Shown here piece by piece: positions 14,726 through 24,678 of a stretch of 32,000 nt of DNA (within the stretch, counting starts at the first letter, position 1; every line of letters begins with the position of its first letter). A program made the translations under genes and the position numbers. The stretch is taken from positions 240,001 to 272,000 of the forward strand of contig JAMWCX010000002.1 of assembly GCA_023818895.1 (NCBI GenBank), read 5' to 3'. The notes under the pieces are model-generated. The model was given only the letters and a program-made list of their open reading frames with translations, had not been told where the DNA came from and did no database searches. Source of the stretch: Candidatus Omnitrophota bacterium. GTDB taxonomy: Bacteria > Omnitrophota > Gorgyraeia > 2-01-FULL-45-10.

Positions 14726-16273
14726 TTAGATGCGAGGGAAAAGCGGTGAGGACTTCCTAATTTTTTGGAAAGGCTTGAGATCTCCCCATTTTTTAATCAC
14801 TGAATAGGCCGTTTCCTGCGGCGATAGCTCCATTCCAAGCTGGAACCATATCTTTTGGGATGTCTGTGGCATAAACGGATAGATCGCCATTCCGGTGATT
14901 CTTAATACTTCAAGCAACGTATATATGACAGTAGCCAGCTCTCCTTTCTTATCCTCTTTGGCAAGCGCCCATGGCTTAGACTCTTCGATCAATTTGTTCG
15001 CCATGCCAATGGCTTCCCAGATAGCGGCGAGCGCGCCAACAAAATCAAATTCCGGCAAGCGTTTCTCCATCTCTCCACCAATCGCCAGCGCCTTTTTCTT
15101 CAACCCTTCGATCTCCTGAGTCCGCAGTACTGACTCCCGAGCATCTGGCACTTCTGCCCCAAAATACTTCTCCACCATCGTAAGCGTCCTGCTAAGGAGA
15201 TTTCCTAGGTCGTTAGCCAGGTCGCTATTGTATCTGGCAATAAGCGCCTCTTCGCTGAAAGCCCCGTCCATACCGAACTGCACCTCTTTAAGAAGAAAAT
15301 ACCTGTATGGGTCAACACCGAAACGGCTGATTATATCCGCCGGATCGACTATATTACCTTTGGACTTGGACATCTTCTCGCCTTTAATAATCCACCACCC
15401 ATGCGCAAATATAGTCTTTGGCGGTTCTATCTCAAGCGCCTGCAGCATGATAGGCCAATAGACCGCGTGGTGACGAAGTATATCCTTGCCTATGACATGG
15501 ACATCTGCAGGCCAGTGCCTCTTGAAGCGCTCCATATCGTGTGGATAACCAACCCCTGAGATATAATTGATAAGCGCGTCAAACCAGACATAAGTGACAT
15601 ACTCTTTATCGAACGGCACCTCTATACCCCAGCCCATCCTGCTCTTCGGCCTTGATATGCATAGATCCAGAAGCTCCTCCTTAAGAAATCCCAGGACCTC
15701 ATTTCGACGGAAATAGGGCTTTATGAAATCTGGGTGGCTGTTGATATGGTTGATGAGCCACTGTTGGTATTCGGATATCTTTAAAAAATAATTCGACTCA
15801 TTTAGTCTCTCGATGGGACGCTTGCAGTCTGGACAGATGCCTTCTGGGGCCTGATTTTCCGACCAGAATGTTTCGCAAGGAGTGCAAAACCAGCCCTTAT
15901 ATATTTTTTTATAGATTTTCCCGCCCTTGTGGAGCCTATCAAGGACCGCCTGGACCGTTTTTATATGGTAGTCGTCCGTTGTTCTTATAAAATAATCGTA
16001 CTCGATTCCGAGGGCTTTCCACAGGCCCTGAAAGACCGGCACAATGCCATCCACGAATTTCTTCTCCTCCCCTTCTTTGAATCCAGCTTTGATTGTGGCC
16101 TCCTCAATCTTTTCGCCGTGTTCATCGGTGCCAGTCATGAAGAAGACATCGGAGCGAGTCTGCCTCAGGAATCGCGCTACCGTATCGCAGGCGATCTGCG
16201 TGTAGGAATGGCCTATATGGGGTTTTGAGTTTACGTAATATAAAGGAGTTGTTAGGTAGTAAGATTTGGACAT
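14726..16273 (-). CDS. metG: methionine--tRNA ligase
   Basis: 515 aa. YYVNSKPHIGH (HIGH), KMSKSKGN (KMSKS), zinc knuckle CPDCKRP. Confidence 0.95.
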   Translation of the reverse strand: MSKSYYLTTPLYYVNSKPHIGHSYTQIACDTVARFLRQTRSDVFFMTGTDEHGEKIEEATIKAGFKEGEEKKFVDGIVPVFQGLWKALGIEYDYFIRTTDDYHIKTVQAVLDRLHKGGKIYKKIYKGWFCTPCETFWSENQAPEGICPDCKRPIERLNESNYFLKISEYQQWLINHINSHPDFIKPYFRRNEVLGFLKEELLDLCISRPKSRMGWGIEVPFDKEYVTYVWFDALINYISGVGYPHDMERFKRHWPADVHVIGKDILRHHAVYWPIMLQALEIEPPKTIFAHGWWIIKGEKMSKSKGNIVDPADIISRFGVDPYRYFLLKEVQFGMDGAFSEEALIARYNSDLANDLGNLLSRTLTMVEKYFGAEVPDARESVLRTQEIEGLKKKALAIGGEMEKRLPEFDFVGALAAIWEAIGMANKLIEESKPWALAKEDKKGELATVIYTLLEVLRITGMAIYPFMPQTSQKIWFQLGMELSPQETAYSVIKKWGDLKPFQKIRKSSPLFPRI

Positions 16274-16275
16274 AA

Positions 16276-17058
16276 TTATTTATACGGAATCTCTACCTGA
16301 GTTCCGTCCTCAAGTTCAACCATCACTGCTCGCTTTATGGCGTTAACGCTTACCACTTTACCGGCGCCTTTAGGGGTCTTCACGGTCTCGCCCTCGCGAG
16401 GTAAACCTTTCATAAGATTCTTATATGTCCCGTATTCATAGCCAAGACAACACATTAGTCTTCCGCATAAGCCGGATATCTTGGTGGGATTGAGCGGCAG
16501 GTTCTGCTCTTTTGCCATCTTGATAGTAACGGGCTCGAAATCCTTCAAATAGGTAGCGCAGCAGAGCGCGCGCCCACAAGGGCCAAGCCCTCCCAACATC
16601 TTCGCCTCGTCACGCACACCTATCTGTTTGAGCTCTATCCTTGTCTTAAAGGCGCTTGCGAGGTCCTTCACTAGGTCCCTGAAGTCGACCCGCCCCTCCG
16701 CTGTGAAATAGAATATTATCTTTGAACGATCGAAGGAGAATTCCGCGTCGATGAGCTTCATGGAAAGCTTTCGCTCCTGTATCTTTCTGGAGCAGGTATC
16801 CATAACTTCTTTTATCTTTTTCCTATTTTTATCTATCTGGTGCATATCCCACGGGTTGGCCTTGCGTATAACTTTCTTCAGCGGCTCTTCTATGTCGGAA
16901 TCCAGGATCGCTTCTTTCTCGGTTATAACCTGCCCATAATCAAGGCCCCGATCGGCTTCGACTATCACATAGTCTCCGACCTTGAATTTCATACCGCTGG
17001 TGGAAAAATAAGTTATCTTACCAGCTTCCCGCAGTCTTACTTGAATGACCTCGTACAT
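16276..17058 (-). CDS. ricT: PSP1-domain regulatory iron-sulfur protein RicT (YaaT)
   Basis: 260 aa. PSP1 C-terminal motifs (GPCGRALCC, GLCGRLMCCL). Conserved position after holB. Confidence 0.85.
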   Translation of the reverse strand: MYEVIQVRLREAGKITYFSTSGMKFKVGDYVIVEADRGLDYGQVITEKEAILDSDIEEPLKKVIRKANPWDMHQIDKNRKKIKEVMDTCSRKIQERKLSMKLIDAEFSFDRSKIIFYFTAEGRVDFRDLVKDLASAFKTRIELKQIGVRDEAKMLGGLGPCGRALCCATYLKDFEPVTIKMAKEQNLPLNPTKISGLCGRLMCCLGYEYGTYKNLMKGLPREGETVKTPKGAGKVVSVNAIKRAVMVELEDGTQVEIPYK

Positions 17059-17066
17059 AGACCTCC

Positions 17067-18023
17067 TTATATCATCGCTCCTAAAACCGCCATGGCAAGC
17101 TTTGGGTTTGCATTCTGCTCAAGAAAGGTGGCGGTAGATATTATCTGTTTTATCGCGCCGTCTAGTTTTTCGAAACTGATCTTCTTCGATTCCGCCTTGA
17201 TAGTATCTTTGCGGTCAATATTGACCGTTTCGCTCTCTGAAAAAATACCAACCTTATACCTTAAAATATCAAAATACCATGTAAGCATTATATTTAAATA
17301 CCATTTAAAATCCTCTCTGGATGTCCTGTCAAAATCCCAGTTGAAAAAAGCCTTATTAACAATGGCATCGATAAACAATCGGCGTTTCTCGAAAAATTTA
17401 TCGTCCTGGTACATCAGAGCCTCTTCAATGCCGCCAGAAGAAAGACACGCTAAGACATGTGCTCTTGTATTATCTATGCCGTAGTGATTAACAAGCACAT
17501 CTTTTACAGTTTCAACGGCGAGCGCGAAAAACTTAACCACTTGGCTACGCGACACGATAGTCGGAAGCAGCCCCCAAAGCCGCTCTGTGATAAGTATGAG
17601 GACCGAATCGGTCGGCGGCTCTTCAAGGGTTTTAAGAATGGCGTTGGCGGCCTCTTCGGTCAGGCTATTGGCCCCGTCGATCAGGTAGACTTTCTTCCTG
17701 GCCTCATACGGCTTAAGGGCTATATCCCTTATGAGGGTCCTTATATCATCTATCTTTATGGAATAGCTGTCTGCCTTGACTTTGAGCACCGAGACATCGG
17801 GGTGGGATGAGGCGTCAATCTTTTTGCAGGATGCACACGAGTCGCATGGCACCGCTGACAACGAAAGGCAGTTCAGAGCCTTGGCAAAATTCACGGCAGC
17901 CAGCTTCCTGCCGACACTTTTGGGGCCGTAAAATATGTATGCGTGCGATATTCTCCTGTTCGCGATGGAATTTTCCAGGAACGATACCGCCCTACTTTGC
18001 CCTTTTATATCTTTGAATGACAT
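17067..18023 (-). CDS. holB: DNA polymerase III subunit delta prime
   Basis: 318 aa. HAYIFYGPKSVGRK, zinc module C..C..C..C, TLEEPP and SR.Q motifs. Confidence 0.85.
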   Translation of the reverse strand: MSFKDIKGQSRAVSFLENSIANRRISHAYIFYGPKSVGRKLAAVNFAKALNCLSLSAVPCDSCASCKKIDASSHPDVSVLKVKADSYSIKIDDIRTLIRDIALKPYEARKKVYLIDGANSLTEEAANAILKTLEEPPTDSVLILITERLWGLLPTIVSRSQVVKFFALAVETVKDVLVNHYGIDNTRAHVLACLSSGGIEEALMYQDDKFFEKRRLFIDAIVNKAFFNWDFDRTSREDFKWYLNIMLTWYFDILRYKVGIFSESETVNIDRKDTIKAESKKISFEKLDGAIKQIISTATFLEQNANPKLAMAVLGAMI

Positions 18024-18645
18024 CCTCGACTTCCCGCCTCACCATACGTTGGGTCTCTGATATGGATGCGGCCACTTTTATTACCTTAATACGCTGCGGC
18101 TCCGCGGCCGCCAGTTTCAAATAGCCGGACCTCACTCTCCTGTGATAAGTAAGGGTCTTCTCTTCCATCCTGTCGATGCCTTTTTGCCTTGCGCGCCTTA
18201 GACCTGTTACTGGATCTATATCGAGCAGGATGGTCAGATTAGGCTTAAGAGATTCCGTGGCTATCTTATCAAGCGCCTTGATCACCGCAAGTGAAACACC
18301 GCCCCCATAGCCCTGATAACTGAACGTCGCGTCGCTGAAGCGGTCACATACGACAATCTTACCTTTTGAGAGAGCTGGTGTTATCACTTCTTTGACTATC
18401 TGAGAGCGCGCCGCCTCGAAAAGGAAAAGTTCCGCAAGGTCTGATATCGCAACGCCATCCGAATGCAGAAGCACGCCACGGATGCGTTCGCCGAGTTTGG
18501 TGCCGCCCGGTTCTCGTGTATGCACACAATCATAACCTAATCCACGCAAATATCCGCAGATCAGCCGCGAGTGGGTACTCTTGCCGCAACCCTCTGGACC
18601 TTCAAATGTGATGAATAGCCCTTTCTTCAGGCCTTTTTTCGCCAT
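17992..18645 (-). CDS. tmk: thymidylate kinase
   Basis: 217 aa. FITFEGPEGCGKSTH P-loop, DRF motif. Overlaps holB (32 nt) and cysS (19 nt). Confidence 0.9.
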   Translation of the reverse strand: MAKKGLKKGLFITFEGPEGCGKSTHSRLICGYLRGLGYDCVHTREPGGTKLGERIRGVLLHSDGVAISDLAELFLFEAARSQIVKEVITPALSKGKIVVCDRFSDATFSYQGYGGGVSLAVIKALDKIATESLKPNLTILLDIDPVTGLRRARQKGIDRMEEKTLTYHRRVRSGYLKLAAAEPQRIKVIKVAASISETQRMVRREVEDVIQRYKRAK

Positions 18646-20069
18646 ATTGTCCCGTCTCTGGTGTCCTCGAGCACCACGCTGTATTCTTCGAGAAGTTTTT
18701 TCCTTATCTCGTCTGCCATTCTGAAATCCTTTTTGCGGCGCGCCTGGTCTCTTTTCTCTATAAGATCGAGGACCTTTTTTTGGTCCACATCCTGCCTTAT
18801 CACATTATTCGACAAGTCTAAGCCGAACACCTTGCCTAGCTCGATGATGGCGTCTTTTATTCTCACAAGGTCAGCTGATTCTTCCTCGGAAAAATGTTCC
18901 TTGCCCTGTATAAGCTTATTGGCGTACGTCACCATATCGAACAAAGCGGCAAGCGCAAGCGGTGTGTTGAAATCATCATCCATCGCCTCTTCAAACCTGT
19001 TCTTGAATTCTTTCGCCCGGTCGCCACCGATAGCAAACCGGCGGCCTTGCGCAATACGATCTATCTTGTCAAACAATATGCCGAATCTTTCCTTCTGCGC
19101 CTTCATCTCCGCCATCTTCTCTTCCGTGTAATCCACTGGATGCCTATAATGCGTGTTCAAAAAGAGTAGTTTGAGGTAATCCGCATCCTTATATCTTTTT
19201 AGAAAATCCTTTATCGATATGAAATTGCCCAGCGACTTAGCCATCTTCTCGCCGTTTATGGTAAGCAGGCCGTTGTGCATCCAGTAGCGGGCAAATCTTT
19301 TACCGGCGCCTTGCGACTGAGCCACTTCATTCTCATGATGAGGAAAGATAAGATCTATGCCGCCACCGTGTATATCGAACTCGTCTCCCAGGATATCTGA
19401 GCTCATGACGGAGCATTCAATATGCCAGCCGGGCCTCCCGTTTCCCCATGGACTCTCCCAATACGGCTCGCCATCCTTGGCTGATTTCCACAGAGCAAAG
19501 TCAAGAGGATCTTTTTTATTCTCACCCGGCGCAATACGCGCCCCTGATTCCATCTTCGCGATATCTTGATTTGAGAGCTTGCCGTAATCTTTAGCTTTCT
19601 TTATGTCAAAATAAACATCGCCATCCGAAGCATACGCGCAACCTCGCTGAATAAGGAGCTCAATGAACTTTATCATCTTTGGTATATACTCGGTCGCCTT
19701 GGGTTCTTTATCAGGATTTTCTATTCCAAGAGATGCCATATCCTCATGATAGGCATCTAGGTACCTCTTGGACACCTGCCTTGTTATCGCCACCAAGTCA
19801 GCAGCCGACGTCTGGTTGGGGCGGCTAGCTATTTCCTTCGCCTTATTTATTATCTTATCGTCAACATCGGTAACGTTGCGGACAAATGTAATATTATAAC
19901 CTTTATATGAGAGGTATCGTCGTACAACGTCAAATACGTAGGCGCTCCTCGCATGGCCTATATGCGGCTCGTCATAGACTGTCGGACCACAAACATACAT
20001 GCCGATCTTACCCTCTATGACCGGTGTGAACTCTTCCTTCTTTCTTGTCAGGGAATTATATATCTTCAT
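18627..20069 (-). CDS. cysS: cysteine--tRNA ligase
   Basis: 480 aa. CGPTVYDEPHIGHARS (HIGH), KMAKSLGN (KMSKS), WHIECS. Confidence 0.95.
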   Translation of the reverse strand: MKIYNSLTRKKEEFTPVIEGKIGMYVCGPTVYDEPHIGHARSAYVFDVVRRYLSYKGYNITFVRNVTDVDDKIINKAKEIASRPNQTSAADLVAITRQVSKRYLDAYHEDMASLGIENPDKEPKATEYIPKMIKFIELLIQRGCAYASDGDVYFDIKKAKDYGKLSNQDIAKMESGARIAPGENKKDPLDFALWKSAKDGEPYWESPWGNGRPGWHIECSVMSSDILGDEFDIHGGGIDLIFPHHENEVAQSQGAGKRFARYWMHNGLLTINGEKMAKSLGNFISIKDFLKRYKDADYLKLLFLNTHYRHPVDYTEEKMAEMKAQKERFGILFDKIDRIAQGRRFAIGGDRAKEFKNRFEEAMDDDFNTPLALAALFDMVTYANKLIQGKEHFSEEESADLVRIKDAIIELGKVFGLDLSNNVIRQDVDQKKVLDLIEKRDQARRKKDFRMADEIRKKLLEEYSVVLEDTRDGTIWRKKA

Positions 20070-20164
20070 GGTTATTTCGGATTGAAAATCTGGAGTTTAC
20101 TGCGATAAAGGATCTGCTTTTTACTTCTTAAATAAAGACTCCTGAGCGCCGCCTATTGGCTTAC

Positions 20165-20842
20165 TCATTTTTCCAGTTTTTCAACTCTTCTGCGTAATTC
20201 CTCTATCTCCTGTAGTATGGGGTCGAGCACATGAATATGGTCCAGGCTTATGTCTATCTTCTTGCCATCTTGTTTGGTGATACGGCCCGGTACACCCACG
20301 ACCGTGGAATTCGGCGGTACATCCTTTATGACGACAGCATTAGCGCCTATATAAGAATTATCGCCTATAGTAATGTTGCCGAGAACCTTCGCCCCTGTTC
20401 CAACCACCACGTTATTGCCGATGGTGGGATGTCTTTTCCCTTTTTGTATTCCGGTGCCGCCTAACGTCACGCCTTGATAAAGCAGGACATCGTCTCCTAT
20501 TATCGTCGTCTCGCCTATCACTACCCCCATGCCATGATCGATGAAAAACCTTTTACCTATCTGCGCGCCGGGGTGTATCTCTATGCCTGTCAGGAAGCGG
20601 GCCAATTGCGATATCCATCTTGGGAAAAAGGGTACGCCCAATTTCTTAAGTGCGTGCGCTATCCTGTAAAAGATGATTGCGTGAAGACCCGAATATGTGA
20701 GTAGAACTTCGAGAAAATTCACGGCGGCTGGATCGCGGTCAAACACAGCCTGTATCTCCTTTCTGAAGAGAATGGCTATTACAGTCCAAAAAATTACAAA
20801 AAGGGCTAAAAATATTAGGATCGCGTTTACACAAGCGCTCAT
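20165..20842 (-). CDS. cysE: serine O-acetyltransferase (short form) with an extra hydrophobic N-terminal segment
   Basis: 225 aa. [51 protein letters not shown] and hexapeptide repeats. GAGGTGA lies 4 nt upstream of the ATG at 20842. Confidence 0.85.
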   Translation of the reverse strand: MSACVNAILIFLALFVIFWTVIAILFRKEIQAVFDRDPAAVNFLEVLLTYSGLHAIIFYRIAHALKKLGVPFFPRWISQLARFLTGIEIHPGAQIGKRFFIDHGMGVVIGETTIIGDDVLLYQGVTLGGTGIQKGKRHPTIGNNVVVGTGAKVLGNITIGDNSYIGANAVVIKDVPPNSTVVGVPGRITKQDGKKIDISLDHIHVLDPILQEIEELRRRVEKLEK

Positions 20843-20846
20843 CGTA

Positions 20847-21323
20847 TCACCTCTTTTCTTCGAGACTGACTACCGCGTATGCTGCTATCGCCTCTCCCTT
20901 GCCGAGAGAACCGACACCCTCGTTCGTGGTAGCCTTTATATTCACCTTGTCTTTCGAGATATCGAGAATGGCGGCCACCGCCTCAACCATCTTATCCCTA
21001 AAAGGATATATCTTGGGCTCTTCGGCAAGTATAATGGTATCGACATTAGTCACGGCAAATTTCTTCGCGGCCGCTAGGGCGGCTACTTTCTTAAGAATTT
21101 CTTTTGAGTCGATATCCTTATAGGCAGGGTCGTCGTTCGGAAAATGCTGACCTATATCACCAAGGGACAGCCCACCAAGAATAGCATCGGATATGGCGTG
21201 CAAAACGACATCGCCGTCTGAATAACCCAGAAGGCCCTTAAAAAACGGTATCTCAACGCCTGCCAGAATCAGCTTCCTTTCCTCCACAAGCCTGTGAATA
21301 TCATATCCTATGCCTGTTCTCAT
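20847..21323 (-). CDS. ispF: 2-C-methyl-D-erythritol 2,4-cyclodiphosphate synthase
   Basis: [12 protein letters not shown]... is the canonical IspF N-terminus. The ORF track begins one codon earlier at GTG 21326, and I prefer ATG 21323. Confidence 0.9.
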   Translation of the reverse strand: MRTGIGYDIHRLVEERKLILAGVEIPFFKGLLGYSDGDVVLHAISDAILGGLSLGDIGQHFPNDDPAYKDIDSKEILKKVAALAAAKKFAVTNVDTIILAEEPKIYPFRDKMVEAVAAILDISKDKVNIKATTNEGVGSLGKGEAIAAYAVVSLEEKR

Positions 21324-21379
21324 CACGCACCTTCCTTCGTTATGCCGAAGTCCTTATATCGATCTGTGTCAAAAAATAC

Positions 21380-22090
21380 CTATCGCTTCTTTTGCCGGAT
21401 AAAAAGACGCTGGTTTCGCATCAGCGCTTCCGCTATTTTAATATCCTCTGGAGTGGTTATCTTTATGTTGGCGTAGGAGCCTTTTAGTATCTTCACCCTG
21501 CCACCCATCGCCTCCAGAAGGCTCGAATCATCAGTAATATTTCCCTTTTTACTCGCATATGCCTTTATTATAAGGTTCCTGCGAAAAGTCTGGGGAGTCT
21601 GAGCCCTGAAGATCCGCCTTCTGTCAAGGGTCTTTTTTACAAACATTCTTTTATCGACAATCTTAACGGTATCGTTCTCTGGCACCGCTACAACGCAACC
21701 GCCAAACCTTCTGGCCAGTCGTATAGAGTCCTCAACCGTTTTCTTATCGACGAAAGGTCTCGCCCCGTCGTGAACTAATACCGTATCAAATTCTTCTCCA
21801 ACACTCCGAAGGCAGTTGGCAACTGATTTATACCTGGTCTTGCCGCCGACCACGATAGCGGCGATCTTTTTCAGTCTATACCTACTTACCAAGGCGCAAA
21901 AATCTTTAACGCGCCGCTTTTCGGAGGCGATTATGATGGCCTTTATGGATGGACAGTCGCCGAGCGTCTTGAGAGAATGCGCAACAAGTGGCCTTCCATC
22001 AAGCTTTACGAATGGTTTGGCTGTCTTGAGCCCAAGCCTTCTGCCGCAACCGGCGGCCGCCACTATAGCAACCGTAGCGCTCTCTTTCAT
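21380..22090 (-). CDS. ispD: 2-C-methyl-D-erythritol 4-phosphate cytidylyltransferase
   Basis: 236 aa. AIVAAAGCGRRLG and VLVHDGARPF motifs. Confidence 0.9.
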   Translation of the reverse strand: MKESATVAIVAAAGCGRRLGLKTAKPFVKLDGRPLVAHSLKTLGDCPSIKAIIIASEKRRVKDFCALVSRYRLKKIAAIVVGGKTRYKSVANCLRSVGEEFDTVLVHDGARPFVDKKTVEDSIRLARRFGGCVVAVPENDTVKIVDKRMFVKKTLDRRRIFRAQTPQTFRRNLIIKAYASKKGNITDDSSLLEAMGGRVKILKGSYANIKITTPEDIKIAEALMRNQRLFIRQKKR

Positions 22091-22118
22091 AATGCCTTTT
22101 CTCGCGAAAGCGCAGGCA

Positions 22119-23141
22119 TTATTTCCCCTTCCAGGTGCCTCTCGGCTGGTCTTCCAACCTTGCGAATATCATCCTGCCGGCTGACGTCTGAAGAACGCTG
22201 GTAACGACGACCTTTACCGTCTGGCCTATCATCTGCTTTGAATTATCAACCACTACCATCGTGCCATCATCAAGATACGCCACACCCTGATTATACTCCT
22301 TCCCTTCCTTGGTAATCCTGACCTCCATCGACTCTCCGGGAAGAACCACTGGTCGTAGCGCGTTGGCAAGTTCATTTATGTTAAGCACGGATATTCCCTG
22401 CAGTTCCGCAATCTTATTGAGATTAAAGTCGTTGGTGAATATCTTAGCGCCAAGCAGTTTGGCAAGCTTCACAAGCTTGGCGTCAACTTCTTTTATCTCC
22501 GGAAAATCTTCTTCCTGTATGCGCACGTCAAATTCCGTGGATTTTTGGATCTTGTTCAGAATGTCAAGCCCCCGCCTGCCGCGGTTACGCTTAAGCACGT
22601 CCTGCGAATCCGCTATCTGCTGAAGCTCTTTCAGTACGAAACGTGGTATCACAAGTCTTCCTTCGATAAAGCGTGTTTGAAGGATGTCCGCGATTCTACC
22701 GTCTATTATCACGCTCGTATCGAGAAGTATTATATCGTCCTTCTTGTCCTGCCTTACGAACTTGACATAAGGGATAATCAAGTTGAATTCGTCCTTGCCG
22801 CGCATGGCTATTATCATGCCCAGATAGCAGAACACAAGTATCAGTATTATCTGAAAAGACGCGAAGAGCTCTAGTGACATAGGAATCAACCTGAGCACAC
22901 TTGTAATTATCCATGCCATGAAGAACCCGAATATGAGACCAAAAACAGCGGCCGAGAGGTTTCTTATCGAAAACCTTCTCATCCCAATCTCGAGCATTAT
23001 TATAAGAATCGCCCCGACAAATCCTGTCCCCGCGCCGGTGTAACCCCAAAGGACCGAAAAACCTCCCAAAAGCGATCCGACATAATAGCCAACGATAGTG
23101 CTTAAAAAAATGAAAAAGAACCTTAGGAATAATATCGTCAT
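22119..23141 (-). CDS. membrane-anchored PIN/TRAM domain protein (YacL-like)
   Basis: 340 aa. Four N-terminal hydrophobic helices, a PIN-like core (ILLDTSVIIDGRI) and a C-terminal TRAM-like beta domain. Occupies the same position before ispD as B. subtilis yacL. Confidence 0.8.
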   Translation of the reverse strand: MTILFLRFFFIFLSTIVGYYVGSLLGGFSVLWGYTGAGTGFVGAILIIMLEIGMRRFSIRNLSAAVFGLIFGFFMAWIITSVLRLIPMSLELFASFQIILILVFCYLGMIIAMRGKDEFNLIIPYVKFVRQDKKDDIILLDTSVIIDGRIADILQTRFIEGRLVIPRFVLKELQQIADSQDVLKRNRGRRGLDILNKIQKSTEFDVRIQEEDFPEIKEVDAKLVKLAKLLGAKIFTNDFNLNKIAELQGISVLNINELANALRPVVLPGESMEVRITKEGKEYNQGVAYLDDGTMVVVDNSKQMIGQTVKVVVTSVLQTSAGRMIFARLEDQPRGTWKGK

Positions 23142-23210
23142 GATCTATCTCCCGTTATATTGCCTTGAAAAAATTATAGGATATATGTCTCCTAAAAAAG
23201 GACCTAATGA

Positions 23211-23888
23211 CTATTCCCCCCGCGGTTTGCTCAGTAGCTTCCAGGGATGCCTCTTAAGATCCTCGCTGAAGTCTTTGAAATTCGCCCCTGTTGATTTCAG
23301 ATTCAAAGTAAAATCTTTTATATTTGCCATTATATCCTCGATGTCGGTATAAAGTTTGTCTTTGGTAAGCAATTTACCTATTGTGCCTTCGCCGCTCTTC
23401 AGCCTATCAACTATCACAGTGGCGGAATTGGACAAGTTAACAAGGTTCTCTGTAAGCTTCTCCATCACCACAGGATCCTTGCCCGCAACGATATCACCGT
23501 TTTTAAGAAGAGGCTTGCCCGGTGTCCCGGGATATATCTCGAGATATTTCTCGCCCAAGAGGCCTAATGTATTTATTGTGATTTCCGCGTCCTCTTCTAT
23601 CTTCGCATCCTCCTGTATCCAGGCCTCTACTTCCGCGTGCGACTTCTTATCCTTTTCGCTATAAACTATCTTGACACTTTGCACATTACCAACGCCGACG
23701 CCGGAAAGACGCACCGGCGCGGAGGGGCCTATGCCACTGGCAAAGTTAAAGTTGACTTTTATGTGATAACCTCTTTTGGAAATATTTATATCCCCTATCG
23801 AAAATACTATTATAAAGAGTATCGCCACACCGATAAGTATGAACATCCCCACTTTCACTTCGAATGCTTTAACGCTTTCCATAATCAC
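23211..23888 (-). CDS. mlaD: MCE/MlaD-family lipid-binding protein
   Basis: 225 aa. One N-terminal TM helix followed by an MCE-like domain (G.....PV...GV.VG.V..V). Follows mlaE and mlaF. Confidence 0.75.
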   Translation of the reverse strand: MIMESVKAFEVKVGMFILIGVAILFIIVFSIGDINISKRGYHIKVNFNFASGIGPSAPVRLSGVGVGNVQSVKIVYSEKDKKSHAEVEAWIQEDAKIEEDAEITINTLGLLGEKYLEIYPGTPGKPLLKNGDIVAGKDPVVMEKLTENLVNLSNSATVIVDRLKSGEGTIGKLLTKDKLYTDIEDIMANIKDFTLNLKSTGANFKDFSEDLKRHPWKLLSKPRGE

Positions 23889-23910
23889 CCCTATTTTAAA
23901 TATCCTGTTA

Positions 23911-24678
23911 TTATATCAAATGCTCAAAATCTATGCCCTCTGTTATAGGGCCCCTGCTCGCGCCAGTGATGAACTGACGCACCACAGGATCCTTGGTATT
24001 CTTTATCTCTTCGGGAGTCCCCTCGGCTATTATCTTACCATTATATAACATCGCTATCCTGTCAGCTATCTTATAGGCGCTTGTCATATCATGGGTAACG
24101 GCTATAGAAGTCACTTTTAGTTTATTATGCAGCTCTATTATAAGATCGTTTATCGAATCCCCCATTATCGGGTCAACGCCCGTCGTCGGTTCGTCATACA
24201 ACATTATCTGCGGACGAAGGGCTATCGCCCTGGCAAGACCAACCCTTTTTCTCATGCCACCTGAAAGCTCGGCCGGCTTCTTATACTCTATTCCTTTTAG
24301 ACCGACTAAAGCAAGACATTCCTTTACCCTCTTTTTTATCGCCTCTTCGTCAGCATTCGTATGCTCTATCATGCCAAAGGCTACATTCTCAAGCACATTC
24401 AGCGAGTCGAAAAGAGCCGCCCCTTGAAAAAGCATGCCAAACCTCATCCTGATAGAGTTCAATTCCTTCTCATCCATTTTCGTTATATCCTTACCATCTA
24501 TCAAGATCTTTCCGGAGTCTGGCTTAAGAAGACCTATTATGTGTTTCAATAGAACGCTTTTGCCACAACCAGACCGGCCTATGATAACGGTCGTCTCTCC
24601 GGTATTTATGGTCAAATTCGTTCCGGCAAGCACCTGATGGCCGTTGAATGACTTATAAACGTCTTTTATCTCTATCAT
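23911..24678 (-). CDS. mlaF: ABC transporter ATP-binding protein MlaF-like
   Basis: Walker A GRSGCGKS, signature LSGGMRKR, Walker B MLYDEPT. I moved the start to ATG 24678 (MIEIKDVYKSF), which forms an ATGA overlap with the mlaE stop. The ORF-track start at 24714 would overlap mlaE by 40 nt. Confidence 0.85.
   Translation of the reverse strand: MIEIKDVYKSFNGHQVLAGTNLTINTGETTVIIGRSGCGKSVLLKHIIGLLKPDSGKILIDGKDITKMDEKELNSIRMRFGMLFQGAALFDSLNVLENVAFGMIEHTNADEEAIKKRVKECLALVGLKGIEYKKPAELSGGMRKRVGLARAIALRPQIMLYDEPTTGVDPIMGDSINDLIIELHNKLKVTSIAVTHDMTSAYKIADRIAMLYNGKIIAEGTPEEIKNTKDPVVRQFITGASRGPITEGIDFEHLI

Noticed and set aside
20070-20164. T-box or other leader upstream of cysS in the 95-nt cysE-cysS spacer
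   Set aside because: The spacer is too short for a T-box, contains no T-box consensus (…GGGTGGTACCGCG…), and I could not find a convincing hairpin or terminator.
21324-21326. GTG at 21326 as the ispF start
   Set aside because: The adjacent ATG (21323) yields the canonical [13 protein letters not shown]-terminus with a GGAAGG site upstream. The difference is one codon and remains unresolved.
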